DNA of 64,000 nt. Origin: an uncultured Alphaproteobacteria bacterium. Lineage in GTDB: Bacteria > Pseudomonadota > Alphaproteobacteria > HIMB59 > GCA-002718135. The number at the start of each line of letters is the position of its first letter. The first letter of the stretch is position 1. Of the stretch, positions 55,107 to 64,000 are shown piece after piece. The position numbers and the translations under genes are program-made. The DNA is taken from NCBI GenBank assembly GCA_902603095.1, contig CACKTS010000002.1, forward strand, positions 3,652-67,651. The letters are read 5' to 3'. The notes under the pieces were generated by a model. It searched no databases, was not told where the DNA came from, and worked only from the letters and a program-made list of their open reading frames with translations.

Positions 55107-56513
55107 ATGACTGAATTAGTAACTAGATTTGCACCATCGCCTACTGGTAATCTTCATATAGGAAGTGCTAGAACAGCTTTAATTAATTTTATTTTAAAAT
55201 CTCAATATCCAAATTCAAAATTATATTTACGTATCGAAGATACAGACAAACAAAGATCAAAAGAAGAATACATAAATAATATTTTAAATGGACTAAAGTG
55301 GCTAGGAATAAGTTGGGATAATGAACCACAAATACAATCTAAAAATATTAATAGACATCTCGAAATAGCAAATGAACTCTTAAAAATTAAAAAAGCATAT
55401 AAATGTGCATGTACAGAAAACGAACTAAGCGAAAGAAGAAGAAAAATAAACTCTGGGGAAATTAGTTCAAAAAAGATTTGTATTAATTGTGAATCAAATA
55501 AAGATGTACAATCACTAAATAAAGGTTTTGTAATTAGAATTAAAATTCCAGAAGAAGGTAAAGAAATTTTACATGATGTTATTCAAGGTAAGGTTGAAGT
55601 TAACAAAAATGAATTAGACGACTTTGTTTTAATCAGACAAAATAATACACCTACTTACATGTTATCAGTTGTAGTAGACGATCATGATTTAGGAGTTAAT
55701 TATATTATTAGAGGAGACGATCATTTAAATAATTATTTTAGACAAAAATTTATTTATGAATTTTTGAGCTGGGAAATTCCTCGATATGCTCATATTCCTT
55801 TAATTAACGGCGAAGATGGCAAAAAATTATCAAAAAGACATGGTGCTGTAAGCATAACAGATTTAAAAAAACAAGGTTTTCTTGCTGAAGCAATAATAAA
55901 TAATCTAATTTTACTTGGTTGGGCTCCAAATAATCAAAAAAATGAAATAATTAATCTTGAGAACATTATCAATGAATTTAAAATTAATAATTTATCAAAA
56001 TCTTCTAGCATTTTTAGTTATAAAAAATTAAATTTTTTCAATAATCACTACATAAAACAAGATGATAATTTAAATAAATTTTATGAATATTGTAAATCTA
56101 ATGAATTTTTAAATAAATATTTGCAATCAGATAAAAATAAAATTACCAGAATTTTTAAAACTTATAAAAAAAATATATTAAAATACGAAGAAATGATCAA
56201 TATTTCGAAAATTTATTTTGATGAATATTTTAAAATTATTTTGGATAAAAATTTTGATATTCAGTTTGATAATTTATTTAAGGAATTCTTAAAGTTAATA
56301 AATAATATTAATACTTGGGAGCATGATTACATAAATTTAAAAATAAATGAATTTTTAAATCAAAATAACATTAAATTCCCAGTTTTAGGTAAACCAGTAA
56401 GGTATTTGCTAACTAATAATTATAATGGACCTTCTATTACAGATATATTTATGATATTAGGAAAAAATAAATCTTTAGAAAGATTAAATAATTACAAAAT
56501 ATTAAATGGCTGA
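55107..56513 (+). CDS. gltX: glutamate--tRNA ligase
   Basis: 468 aa. HIGH motif [19 protein letters not shown]-like KLSKRHG. Confidence 0.9.
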   Translation: MTELVTRFAPSPTGNLHIGSARTALINFILKSQYPNSKLYLRIEDTDKQRSKEEYINNILNGLKWLGISWDNEPQIQSKNINRHLEIANELLKIKKAYKCACTENELSERRRKINSGEISSKKICINCESNKDVQSLNKGFVIRIKIPEEGKEILHDVIQGKVEVNKNELDDFVLIRQNNTPTYMLSVVVDDHDLGVNYIIRGDDHLNNYFRQKFIYEFLSWEIPRYAHIPLINGEDGKKLSKRHGAVSITDLKKQGFLAEAIINNLILLGWAPNNQKNEIINLENIINEFKINNLSKSSSIFSYKKLNFFNNHYIKQDDNLNKFYEYCKSNEFLNKYLQSDKNKITRIFKTYKKNILKYEEMINISKIYFDEYFKIILDKNFDIQFDNLFKEFLKLINNINTWEHDYINLKINEFLNQNNIKFPVLGKPVRYLLTNNYNGPSITDIFMILGKNKSLERLNNYKILNG

Positions 56514-57855
56514 TTACGAAGAAAATAAACAAAAAAACTCATTTACACTTTTTAGCAATGAAACAGGTAAGTCTTATGATTTACCAGTTATAAAAGGTAC
56601 AGAAGGGCCTGATGTTTTAGATATTAGAAAACTTTATGAAGAAACAGGAATGTTTACCTATGATCCAGGTTTTACTTCTACTGCCTCATGTGACTCATCC
56701 ATTACTTTTATAGATGGAAATAAAGGTATTCTTAGACATAGAGGCTATGATATTCATGAGCTTGCAACAAATAGTGATTTTTTAGAAGTATGTTATTTAT
56801 TGTTACATGGTGACCTTCCATCTTCTGAAGATAAAAATAAATTCAAAGAAGTTATAAGAAATCATACAATGTTACATGAACAGCTTGTATACTTATATAG
56901 AGGTTTTAGACGTGATGCTCATCCAATGGCAATAATGGTGGGAGTTGTTGGGGCCTTATCTGCATTCTATCATGATAGTACTGATTTTTCAGATATTAAG
57001 CAAAGAATGATTGCATGTCATAGATTAATTGCAAAAATACCAACTATAGGTGCTATGGCTTATAAATATTCTATAGGACAGCCATTTGTCTATCCTAGAA
57101 ATGATTTGTCTTATACTGAAAATTTTTTGTATATGACATTCTCAGTTCCTACTAGAGAATTTAAAATCAGTAAAAAAATTGTTCAAGCAATGGATCGTTT
57201 CTTTATTTTACATGCAGATCACGAACAGAATGCATCAACTTCAACAGTAAGATTAGCAGGATCTTCAGGAGCCAATCCATTTGCATGCATAGCAGCTGGA
57301 ATAGCATCATTATGGGGTCCAGCACATGGTGGAGCTAATGAGGCAGTTATAAAAATGCTTGAAGAGATTGGAGATGTTAAAAATATTCCTGAATATATAA
57401 ATAAAGCAAAAAATAAAAATGACTCATTTAGGTTGATGGGCTTTGGTCATAGAGTATACAAAAATTATGATCCAAGAGCCATAGTTATGAAAGAAAGTGC
57501 TTATGAAGTTTTAGAAGAGTTAAATAAACTTGATGATCCTTTATTGAAAATTGCTATAGAATTAGAAAAAATTGCAATGAAAGATGAGTATTTTATTGAA
57601 AAAAAATTATTTCCCAATGTGGACTTTTATTCAGGAATTATATTGAAAGCACTTGGATTTCCAACAAGTATGTTTACAGTTTTGTTTGCTATTGGACGAA
57701 CCGTAGGTTGGATATCTCAATGGAAAGAAATGATTGAGGACCCAATTAATAAAATAGGAAGACCTAGACAATTATATTTAGGTAAAAAAACAAGAGAATT
57801 TCAAAAAGAATCAACGAGAGAGAAAAAATCAATATTTAAGTGGCTTTGGAAATAA
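56506..57855 (+). CDS. gltA: citrate synthase (type II)
   Basis: 449 aa. ...[14 protein letters not shown]..., ...[14 protein letters not shown]..., ...RPRQLY... Confidence 0.95.
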   Translation: MADYEENKQKNSFTLFSNETGKSYDLPVIKGTEGPDVLDIRKLYEETGMFTYDPGFTSTASCDSSITFIDGNKGILRHRGYDIHELATNSDFLEVCYLLLHGDLPSSEDKNKFKEVIRNHTMLHEQLVYLYRGFRRDAHPMAIMVGVVGALSAFYHDSTDFSDIKQRMIACHRLIAKIPTIGAMAYKYSIGQPFVYPRNDLSYTENFLYMTFSVPTREFKISKKIVQAMDRFFILHADHEQNASTSTVRLAGSSGANPFACIAAGIASLWGPAHGGANEAVIKMLEEIGDVKNIPEYINKAKNKNDSFRLMGFGHRVYKNYDPRAIVMKESAYEVLEELNKLDDPLLKIAIELEKIAMKDEYFIEKKLFPNVDFYSGIILKALGFPTSMFTVLFAIGRTVGWISQWKEMIEDPINKIGRPRQLYLGKKTREFQKESTREKKSIFKWLWK

Positions 57856-59032
57856 TTTCTTTTATTCTTTGCTCACAAATTTCATAAGGATCCGCAAAAC
57901 TATCAATTTCTTGTAAATTTTTTTTAACATTCAAAATTTGAGTATCGCGAAATTTTTGATCATTAATTAACTTTTTAAAAGATATTAATAAATTATTTTT
58001 ATTTAGTTTTCTATTTACTACTTCTTCAATTATCATTTTATTATTAATTATATTAATAATATTAGCAAATCTAATTTTTATTAAAAAAGAAAAAATAAAG
58101 TATGTTAATTTATTTAGTTTATATAATATAATTTGAGGAATAAGCCTTTTAGATATTTCTAATGAAGCTGTTCCAGAACAAGTTACACTTACAAAAACCT
58201 TTTCATAAATTTTTTCGTTTTGCTCTGTATCATCTGAAACAATAGTTTTAACTTTCCAATTTTTAGTTAGTTTTCTAATTTTGTTAATCAAATGTGGTAA
58301 AGTAGGAATAAATATTGAAAACCTATTTGAATTTAATTCAAGAATATAATTATAAATGTGCTCATAATAAGGAAACAGTTTATTTATTTCATTTTCTCTA
58401 CTTCCTGGTAAAAAAGCAATTAAATTTTTTTCATTATTAGTATTATAATTAGTTGCTTTTATTGAAGCTATTGGGTGACCAATAAAAGTTGTTTTTAAAC
58501 CCTCTGCTTCAAAGTATTTTTTTTCAAAACTAAATAATGTAAATATTTCATTATAAAATTTAGCAAATTTTTTTGCTCTTTTTTTTCTCCAAGCCCAAAC
58601 AGTGGGGGCGACTATCTGGATGATATTGCTTTTAAAGCCATTTTTTTTTAGTTTTTTAGCAAGTTGATAATTAAAGTCTGGAGAATCAATACAAATTACT
58701 AAATCATAATTATTTTTAATTATTTCCTTTGATAAATTATTAATTATTTTTAAAAATTTAGGAATTGAAAAAAAAATTTCTACAAGTCCTAAAGATTTGA
58801 ATATACTTATGTCATAATATTTATTAGTAAAATAATTTTTAGAAAGATTGCCACCTACACCATCGATTTGATAATTATATTTACTAAGTTTTTTACATAT
58901 ATTAAATGATATATTTTCTCCAGATTGTTCTGTACAACAAATAAATATTTTAGTTTTTTTATTCAATTTTATCACAGGTAGAAATAAATATTTTATTTTG
59001 GTTAGCAAGATCAATAGTTTTTGTTTTATCAA
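57836..59032 (-). CDS. lpxB: lipid-A-disaccharide synthase
   Basis: Track ORF of 398 aa. ...[11 protein letters not shown]..., ...VAPTVWAWR..., ...LPGSR.NEI... The ATG at 59032 overlaps lpxI by 74 nt. A downstream TTG at 58966 ([10 protein letters not shown]...) or a nearby GTG is a more plausible start. Confidence 0.85.
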   Translation of the reverse strand: MIKQKLLILLTKIKYLFLPVIKLNKKTKIFICCTEQSGENISFNICKKLSKYNYQIDGVGGNLSKNYFTNKYYDISIFKSLGLVEIFFSIPKFLKIINNLSKEIIKNNYDLVICIDSPDFNYQLAKKLKKNGFKSNIIQIVAPTVWAWRKKRAKKFAKFYNEIFTLFSFEKKYFEAEGLKTTFIGHPIASIKATNYNTNNEKNLIAFLPGSRENEINKLFPYYEHIYNYILELNSNRFSIFIPTLPHLINKIRKLTKNWKVKTIVSDDTEQNEKIYEKVFVSVTCSGTASLEISKRLIPQIILYKLNKLTYFIFSFLIKIRFANIINIINNKMIIEEVVNRKLNKNNLLISFKKLINDQKFRDTQILNVKKNLQEIDSFADPYEICEQRIKEIISKAT

Positions 59033-59777
59033 TAATTAAACAATTATTTTTTTCTATAAAAATACCCTCATAATTATTTTTTTTTAATAATAAGATAGTT
59101 TGCTCCCCTATTGTTGGTATATCTAATATTTTACTTTGGTTATATTTTGAAAATTTTACTAAAATTCCTTTATCACCTTTCTTTTTTAATTCATTACATC
59201 GTATAATTAATCTATCAGTTCCTTCAACTGCCTCTAGACCAAGAATAATTTGATTCTGCACAATAATACTTTGGCCAATATCTAATTTGCCATAAACTTT
59301 AAAAGTATCAAGAGCCTTTTTTAAATTTTTTTGTGCATTAGTTGAAGGTTTAGTCAGTGTAAGATGTTTATCATTTACAAATAAATCTGAGCAATATGTT
59401 GTCCAATCAAAATACTCAAAACCATTTTTATTTAAAAATAATTTAATTGATTCTAATAATTGATTATCTCCATGATTATTTAACAACAAATCTTTAGCTA
59501 ATTTTATTGTTTGAAAATCAAAACTAATATCTGAAACACTTGGTCTGTTGATACTGCCTGCAAGTAAAATTTTATCTATATTATTTAATTTTAAAAGATC
59601 AATAATTTTTTTAATTGATTTTAAATTAATTTTAATAAAATCTAAATCTTTATAATGCTCACAATCTACATTTTCTTCTAATAAAAAAAATACAACTTCA
59701 AAATTTTTATTTATCAAATTTTTTCCAATAATATATGGTAATTTACCACCTCCAGAAATAATACCAATTTTAGTCAT
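58959..59777 (-). CDS. lpxI: UDP-2,3-diacylglucosamine pyrophosphatase LpxI (DUF1009)
   Basis: 272 aa. MTKIGIISGGGKLP..., ...DIGQSIIV...LGLEAVEGTD... It lies between lpxA and lpxB, as is typical in alphaproteobacteria. Confidence 0.8.
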   Translation of the reverse strand: MTKIGIISGGGKLPYIIGKNLINKNFEVVFFLLEENVDCEHYKDLDFIKINLKSIKKIIDLLKLNNIDKILLAGSINRPSVSDISFDFQTIKLAKDLLLNNHGDNQLLESIKLFLNKNGFEYFDWTTYCSDLFVNDKHLTLTKPSTNAQKNLKKALDTFKVYGKLDIGQSIIVQNQIILGLEAVEGTDRLIIRCNELKKKGDKGILVKFSKYNQSKILDIPTIGEQTILLLKKNNYEGIFIEKNNCLIIDKTKTIDLANQNKIFISTCDKIE

Positions 59778-60555
59778 TGCTAAAGCTTGCTATACCTCTT
59801 TTATTAGATGAGTTTATAAATTTAATAATCTCTTTAATCTCTATAGAAGAAGAATATTCTTTTTCTAAATTTTTTAAGTTTAATTCGATAGAAGATTTTT
59901 TATTAAAAATTTTAGTTAAAAATTCCAAAATATTTTTAATATTTTTGTTTGTTGAATTTTTTCTTTTTAAACCAATAATGTTTAAACCTTTTAAATTAGT
60001 TCTTATCCCTATATACAAGCAATAAGGTAATATATTTTTTTCAACTCCACTCATTCCTCCTATCATAGCAAATTTACCAATTTTAACAAATTGATGTATA
60101 GCAGAATTGCCTCCAATAATTGCATTTTCACCTATTTCTACATGTCCTGCTAAAGTTGCATTATTAGCCAGAATAACATTTGATTCAATTTTACAATCAT
60201 GGGCTATATGTGAACCGACCATAAAAAGACAATTGTCTTTTATAATAGTATTTAATCCACCTCCAAGTGTGCCTGGATTTACTGTTACATTTTCGCGAAA
60301 TGTATTTCTATTACCAATTTTTAAATAACTTTTTTCATTTTTGAACTTTAAATCTTGCGGATCAGATCCTATAGAGCAAAAAGGATAAAAAATATTATTA
60401 CTTCCTATAGTAGTATTTCCCAATATTGATACGTGTGATTTAAGATTGCAATTTTCTTCAATAACTACACCTTCACCTATATAACAAAAGGGTCCGATTT
60501 TAACACTTTGATGTATTTTTGCTTTTGGAGAAATAAAGGAGGAATTTTTAATCAT
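59770..60555 (-). CDS. lpxA: acyl-ACP--UDP-N-acetylglucosamine O-acyltransferase
   Basis: 261 aa. Left-handed beta-helix hexapeptide repeats. ...VGSHIAHDC..., ...AIHQFVKIG... Confidence 0.9.
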   Translation of the reverse strand: MIKNSSFISPKAKIHQSVKIGPFCYIGEGVVIEENCNLKSHVSILGNTTIGSNNIFYPFCSIGSDPQDLKFKNEKSYLKIGNRNTFRENVTVNPGTLGGGLNTIIKDNCLFMVGSHIAHDCKIESNVILANNATLAGHVEIGENAIIGGNSAIHQFVKIGKFAMIGGMSGVEKNILPYCLYIGIRTNLKGLNIIGLKRKNSTNKNIKNILEFLTKIFNKKSSIELNLKNLEKEYSSSIEIKEIIKFINSSNKRGIASFSND

Positions 60556-60600
60556 TATAGATAAATAAAATAAATCAAAAATTAAAAAACTAAATTTTTA

Positions 60601-61044
60601 TTACAAAATATTACTCTGAGTTATCATAGCAGAAAATTCTGATTCAGATACTAATGTTTCTTCATGAAATGCTTGGCCAAGAAACTTATAAACATTTCTT
60701 TTTTTATTTAACATTTGTACGAAAAATCTTATCTTAAAATTTGGAAAAACTGGTTTTCTAAATTTTGCTTTATTAATGCTCATAAAAAGAACAGATTTAT
60801 TTTTATCTTTTGTTAAGCTATTTGAAACAACTACTCCTGCTGTTTGGGCCATAGCCTCTATAATTACAACTCCTGGAACGATTGGATTATTAGGAAAATG
60901 ACCTTCAAAAAAATATTCATCCTCATAAAATGTTCTAAAAGATTCTCCTATGATTCCATTTTCAATAATTTTACATTCTTCAATAAATAAAAATGGTTTC
61001 CTATGTGGAATTAATTTTTTTATATCTTCTATATTTAAGTTCAT
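60601..61044 (-). CDS. fabZ: 3-hydroxyacyl-ACP dehydratase
   Basis: 147 aa. ...LIPHRKPFLFIE..., ...FFEGHFPNNPIVPGV... Confidence 0.9.
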   Translation of the reverse strand: MNLNIEDIKKLIPHRKPFLFIEECKIIENGIIGESFRTFYEDEYFFEGHFPNNPIVPGVVIIEAMAQTAGVVVSNSLTKDKNKSVLFMSINKAKFRKPVFPNFKIRFFVQMLNKKRNVYKFLGQAFHEETLVSESEFSAMITQSNIL

Positions 61045-62033
61045 TATAAATTATTAAATTTTATAGTTGCGATTTTCCATTTTTTAAGATCGATTGCTGG
61101 GAAGCCTGCAACTATTGAGTTATCTGCTATATTTTTAGTTACTCCACTTTTGGCAGCAATTTTAACATTATCACCAATAATTAAATGTCCAGATATACCA
61201 GCCTGTCCACCTATTGTAACATTTTTACCTATAACAGTACTACCAGCGATACCTGTTTGAGATGCAATAATAGTTCCAGAGCCTAAAATAACATTATGTG
61301 CAATTTGAACCAAATTATCAATAAAACAATTATCTGAAATAATTGTAGAATCAAATACAGCTCTATCAATAGTAGTATTAGAGCCTATATTACAATTATT
61401 TTTAATAATCACATTTCCAAAATGTTGGATATTTATTTTAGACTTAGGATCAAATCCGAAACCTGTACCTCCAATAACAGCTCCTGATTTAATAATACAA
61501 TTTTCTCCAATTATACTATTTGTAACAACTGAATTTGATTTTATAACAGTATTTTTTTTAATATTGACATTTGGACCAATAGTACAATTAGATTCAATTA
61601 TTACATTATCTTCTATTTCACAATTTTCTTGAATATTAACAAAATTATCAATTTGAATATTATTACCTAACTTTGATGTTTTACTAATATTTATTAAATC
61701 TGCTATTATCCCCGAAGAAACATTTTTTTGATTAAATAAATTCGAGATTAAAGCAAAAGCTTTATATGGATTTTCAACTATTATTGCAGATGTATATTTT
61801 GGTAAATTTTCTGAATTTTTTTTATCAATTAAACAGGCTTTTGCTTTTGTCTTATTTAAAGAATTTAAAGAAGATGAACCTGAAAAAAAGGTCAGATCAT
61901 CTTGTAAAGAATTATTTAAGGAATTCAAATTATAAAAAATTACATCTTCAGAAATAGATGATTCAACACTTAAATTATTTTTAGTTAGATGATTTCTAAT
62001 AGTAAGGAAAGATATATTATTTAAACTTTTCAA
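61044..62033 (-). CDS. lpxD: UDP-3-O-acylglucosamine N-acyltransferase
   Basis: 329 aa. Long run of hexapeptide repeats. ...VQIAHNV..., ...GFPA... Confidence 0.9.
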   Translation of the reverse strand: MKSLNNISFLTIRNHLTKNNLSVESSISEDVIFYNLNSLNNSLQDDLTFFSGSSSLNSLNKTKAKACLIDKKNSENLPKYTSAIIVENPYKAFALISNLFNQKNVSSGIIADLINISKTSKLGNNIQIDNFVNIQENCEIEDNVIIESNCTIGPNVNIKKNTVIKSNSVVTNSIIGENCIIKSGAVIGGTGFGFDPKSKINIQHFGNVIIKNNCNIGSNTTIDRAVFDSTIISDNCFIDNLVQIAHNVILGSGTIIASQTGIAGSTVIGKNVTIGGQAGISGHLIIGDNVKIAAKSGVTKNIADNSIVAGFPAIDLKKWKIATIKFNNL

Positions 62034-62541
62034 GGTCTATACCAATACTAATTTTATCTAATTTTTCAAAAATATTATTTGTTATGTTAATTGAATTATC
62101 AGATATAATATAACTTTTAGTATCCAATATCAAATCAATTTTATTACTTGATGAATATTCCTTTAATAAATCTAAAATTATTCGCAGAATCTCATTTTTA
62201 AATAAATTTAATTGATTTTCGTAATGAATATTAAACTTATCAATTTGACTATTAAAAACATTAAAATTTTTATTATATTCGTTTATTACATTTTGAATTT
62301 CATTATCACTAAGAATTAATCTTAATTCCTCAATTTCTTCTAACTGAGATTTTAAATTTGCCTCTTCTTTTGCATATTCTTGCCTATGTTTCTTTTGATC
62401 AGTTTCAATTTTTTTAATAAATTTTTTTAATTCTGAGTTCTGATTGATCAAAAAATCTAAATCAACAACTCTTATATTTGTTGCATTTGAATTAAGAGAA
62501 AAAAATATTAATATAAATATTATTAATATTCTTGTTATCAA
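62017..62541 (-). CDS. OmpH/Skp family periplasmic chaperone
   Basis: 174 aa. Signal peptide followed by a coiled-coil K/E/Q-rich body. It lies between bamA and lpxD. Confidence 0.75.
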   Translation of the reverse strand: MITRILIIFILIFFSLNSNATNIRVVDLDFLINQNSELKKFIKKIETDQKKHRQEYAKEEANLKSQLEEIEELRLILSDNEIQNVINEYNKNFNVFNSQIDKFNIHYENQLNLFKNEILRIILDLLKEYSSSNKIDLILDTKSYIISDNSINITNNIFEKLDKISIGIDLEKFK

Positions 62542-64000
62542 TTTAAATTACCAATTGTAAAAGAGAACATTCTTTTAATATCGTAATCTTTGTCAGATAA
62601 AGGAAAACCCCAACTAAAGCCTATTGGGCCAATTGGTGAATAATAATTTATACCAAAACCATATGAAGCTCTAATTGATTCATCTGAAAATGTAGTTGTA
62701 TTTTTGTTATCCCATACCATTCCATAATCATTAAATAAGTTAAAATAAATAGGGTTTTGATCATTTAGATTGATTGGTCGCGAATAGTCTAATTTAGCTA
62801 CAGCTAAATTGTTTCCTCCAACATATGCTGTTCTTGAGTTTCTTGGACCTGCGCCGAAATTATCAAATCCTCTTAACCATCTTCCACCTAGAGAAAATTT
62901 ATCATCAGATAATATTTCACTATCATTTAAAGAGTAAATATTACCCAATCTAGCTTGTATAGAATAAATGTTTTTTTTATTTTCTATATATTTTTTTGCT
63001 GTCAAAATATTTTTAATATATCCATTAGAAGAACTTGATGGTGTCTGAAGATAGTTTGAAAATTTAAAAAAATTTCCTTTAGTTGGTCTTATGAATGAAT
63101 TGAGTGTATTAAAAACTAAATCATTATTAATGTTAAAACTAATACTCTCACCAGATGATTTAGCAATACTATCTGAAACAGTTGATGAATTTGTAATTAT
63201 GTAATCTTTTAATTGATATCCAAGTCCAAAAGTGTGATAAAAATCTTTAGACAATTCATATGAAAGATCAGAATCTAAAGTTAACGTATTTAATTTATAA
63301 GATTTAGACTTAGTGAAGTCATTTTCTTTATAAATAGTAGAATATCTATGATTTACATCATTATTTAAGAAAAACTTTTCAGTTGTACTTAAAGTAAAGG
63401 CTTGATTATTGTCACTGGTATTAATTAAAAATTCAAGAGATCTACCTGTTCCATTTATATTTTTTTCTTTTAATCCACTAACAAAACTGATTCCATCCAA
63501 AGTTCCAACTGATAAACCTACATTAAAAGATCCAGTTTGTGTTTCTTTAACATCAATATTTATATCGGCTGTTTCATCAGAAATTGAAGATTGGTTTACA
63601 TCAACATTTTCAAAAATATACAATTGGTTTAATTTTTTTGTTATTTGCTTAATTCTTGTATCATTAACTGGATCACCTTCAGCTAGGTCTAATTCTCTTC
63701 TTAAAACATATTCAAATGTTCTTGTATTACCTGAAACATTTATTTGATTAATATAAACAGGTTTAGCAGATAAAATTTCTAATAATATTTTTGCTTTATT
63801 TTCTTCTAATTTATCATAAATTTTAATTTCAAAAAATTGCTCACCAGATAACTCTAATATGTTAGCTATTTTAAATTCAAGTTCATCTAGTTTGTTTCTA
63901 TCATAAGGTTTTGAATTTAATGTAATTTCATCTAAAAATATATCTAACTTTTCTTTTAATGCATCACTATCATTTAAATTATTTTTAATATCTACAGTAT
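62538..64000 (-). CDS. bamA: outer membrane protein assembly factor BamA, C-terminal part (5' end beyond window)
   Basis: I checked codon by codon that the frame of track ORF 62538-63623 stays open to nt 64000. Upstream of the TTG the translation reads ...RTFEYVLRRELDLAEGDPVNDTRIKQITKKLNQLYIFENVDV (POTRA-5-like). The C-terminal beta-barrel ends ...RMFSFTIGNLN. Confidence 0.85.
   Translation of the reverse strand, partial: TVDIKNNLNDSDALKEKLDIFLDEITLNSKPYDRNKLDELEFKIANILELSGEQFFEIKIYDKLEENKAKILLEILSAKPVYINQINVSGNTRTFEYVLRRELDLAEGDPVNDTRIKQITKKLNQLYIFENVDVNQSSISDETADINIDVKETQTGSFNVGLSVGTLDGISFVSGLKEKNINGTGRSLEFLINTSDNNQAFTLSTTEKFFLNNDVNHRYSTIYKENDFTKSKSYKLNTLTLDSDLSYELSKDFYHTFGLGYQLKDYIITNSSTVSDSIAKSSGESISFNINNDLVFNTLNSFIRPTKGNFFKFSNYLQTPSSSSNGYIKNILTAKKYIENKKNIYSIQARLGNIYSLNDSEILSDDKFSLGGRWLRGFDNFGAGPRNSRTAYVGGNNLAVAKLDYSRPINLNDQNPIYFNLFNDYGMVWDNKNTTTFSDESIRASYGFGINYYSPIGPIGFSWGFPLSDKDYDIKRMFSFTIGNLN

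Noticed and set aside
1745-63747. About 25 short track ORFs (60-115 aa) lying antisense or out of frame inside longer, well-identified genes. Examples: 1745-1936, 3903-4205, 4129-4311, 5291-5638, 6066-6263, 8096-8284, 15163-15393, 15963-16145, 19766-19957, 21428-21748, 23129-23356, 26818-27060, 27478-27705, 30456-30677, 34190-34465, 40424-40606, 41455-41682, 41981-42181, 49399-49605, 50982-51191, 52742-52930, 59777-60025, 60107-60328, 61766-61957, 63409-63747.
   Set aside because: Each is fully nested in a gene with clear family motifs on the other strand or frame. Their translations are low-complexity (F/I/L/S-rich) with no recognisable family. They look like shadow ORFs in AT-rich DNA.
1-64000. 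CRISPR arrays, IS elements, prophage genes, toxin-antitoxin or defence islands, and rRNA genes.
   Set aside because: Nothing in the ORF set or intergenic DNA supports them. No spaced direct repeats were seen, no transposase, integrase or phage-like proteins, and no intergenic region is long enough to hide an array. The only TA-named family (RatA/SRPBCC) sits in its conserved housekeeping position next to lipA.

Overview
This is a very AT-rich and extremely gene-dense chromosomal segment. By my hand tally only about 1.7 kb of 64 kb, roughly 3%, lies outside genes. Gene content and order are those of an alphaproteobacterial core genome: bamA-skp-lpxD-fabZ-lpxA-lpxI-lpxB, pdhA-pdhB-pdhC-lipA, ntrY-ntrX-trkA, tig-clpP-clpX, ppiD-trpEGDC-moaC, murA-hisGD-infA-yacG, and lexA preceded by a GAAC-N7-GAAC SOS box. 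The composition, the many start/stop overlaps and the gene set fit a streamlined marine SAR11/Pelagibacterales-like genome; that assignment is inference, not a search result. I found no IS elements, integrases, prophage genes, CRISPR arrays or rRNA genes. Three tRNAs are present (Phe-GAA, His-GUG, Leu-UAG).

Main points of interest:
1. Two tandem glutamine-riboswitch-like aptamers (glnA RNA motif) fill the glnB-glnA spacer, the longest non-coding stretch in the window.
2. A PhrB/CryB-type (FeS-BCP) photolyase homologue lacks all four Fe-S cluster cysteines. It is preceded by an untracked DUF2256 zinc-ribbon ORF and a MntR/Mn-transporter pair.
3. clpX is cut off after its Walker A region and abuts, head-on, a 3'-truncated EamA transporter gene. 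This is an inversion/deletion breakpoint or an assembly chimera.
4. Three single-base homopolymer frameshifts interrupt tig, ispDF and the EamA gene.
5. Downstream of tRNA-Phe, a GT8-like protein sits where a binding protein would be expected, ahead of two opine/His-type ABC permeases that have no ATPase or binding protein nearby. A solitary iolE lies next to them.
6. Several short conserved-looking ORFs are missing from the ORF track (yacG, DUF2256, two small membrane or basic peptides).
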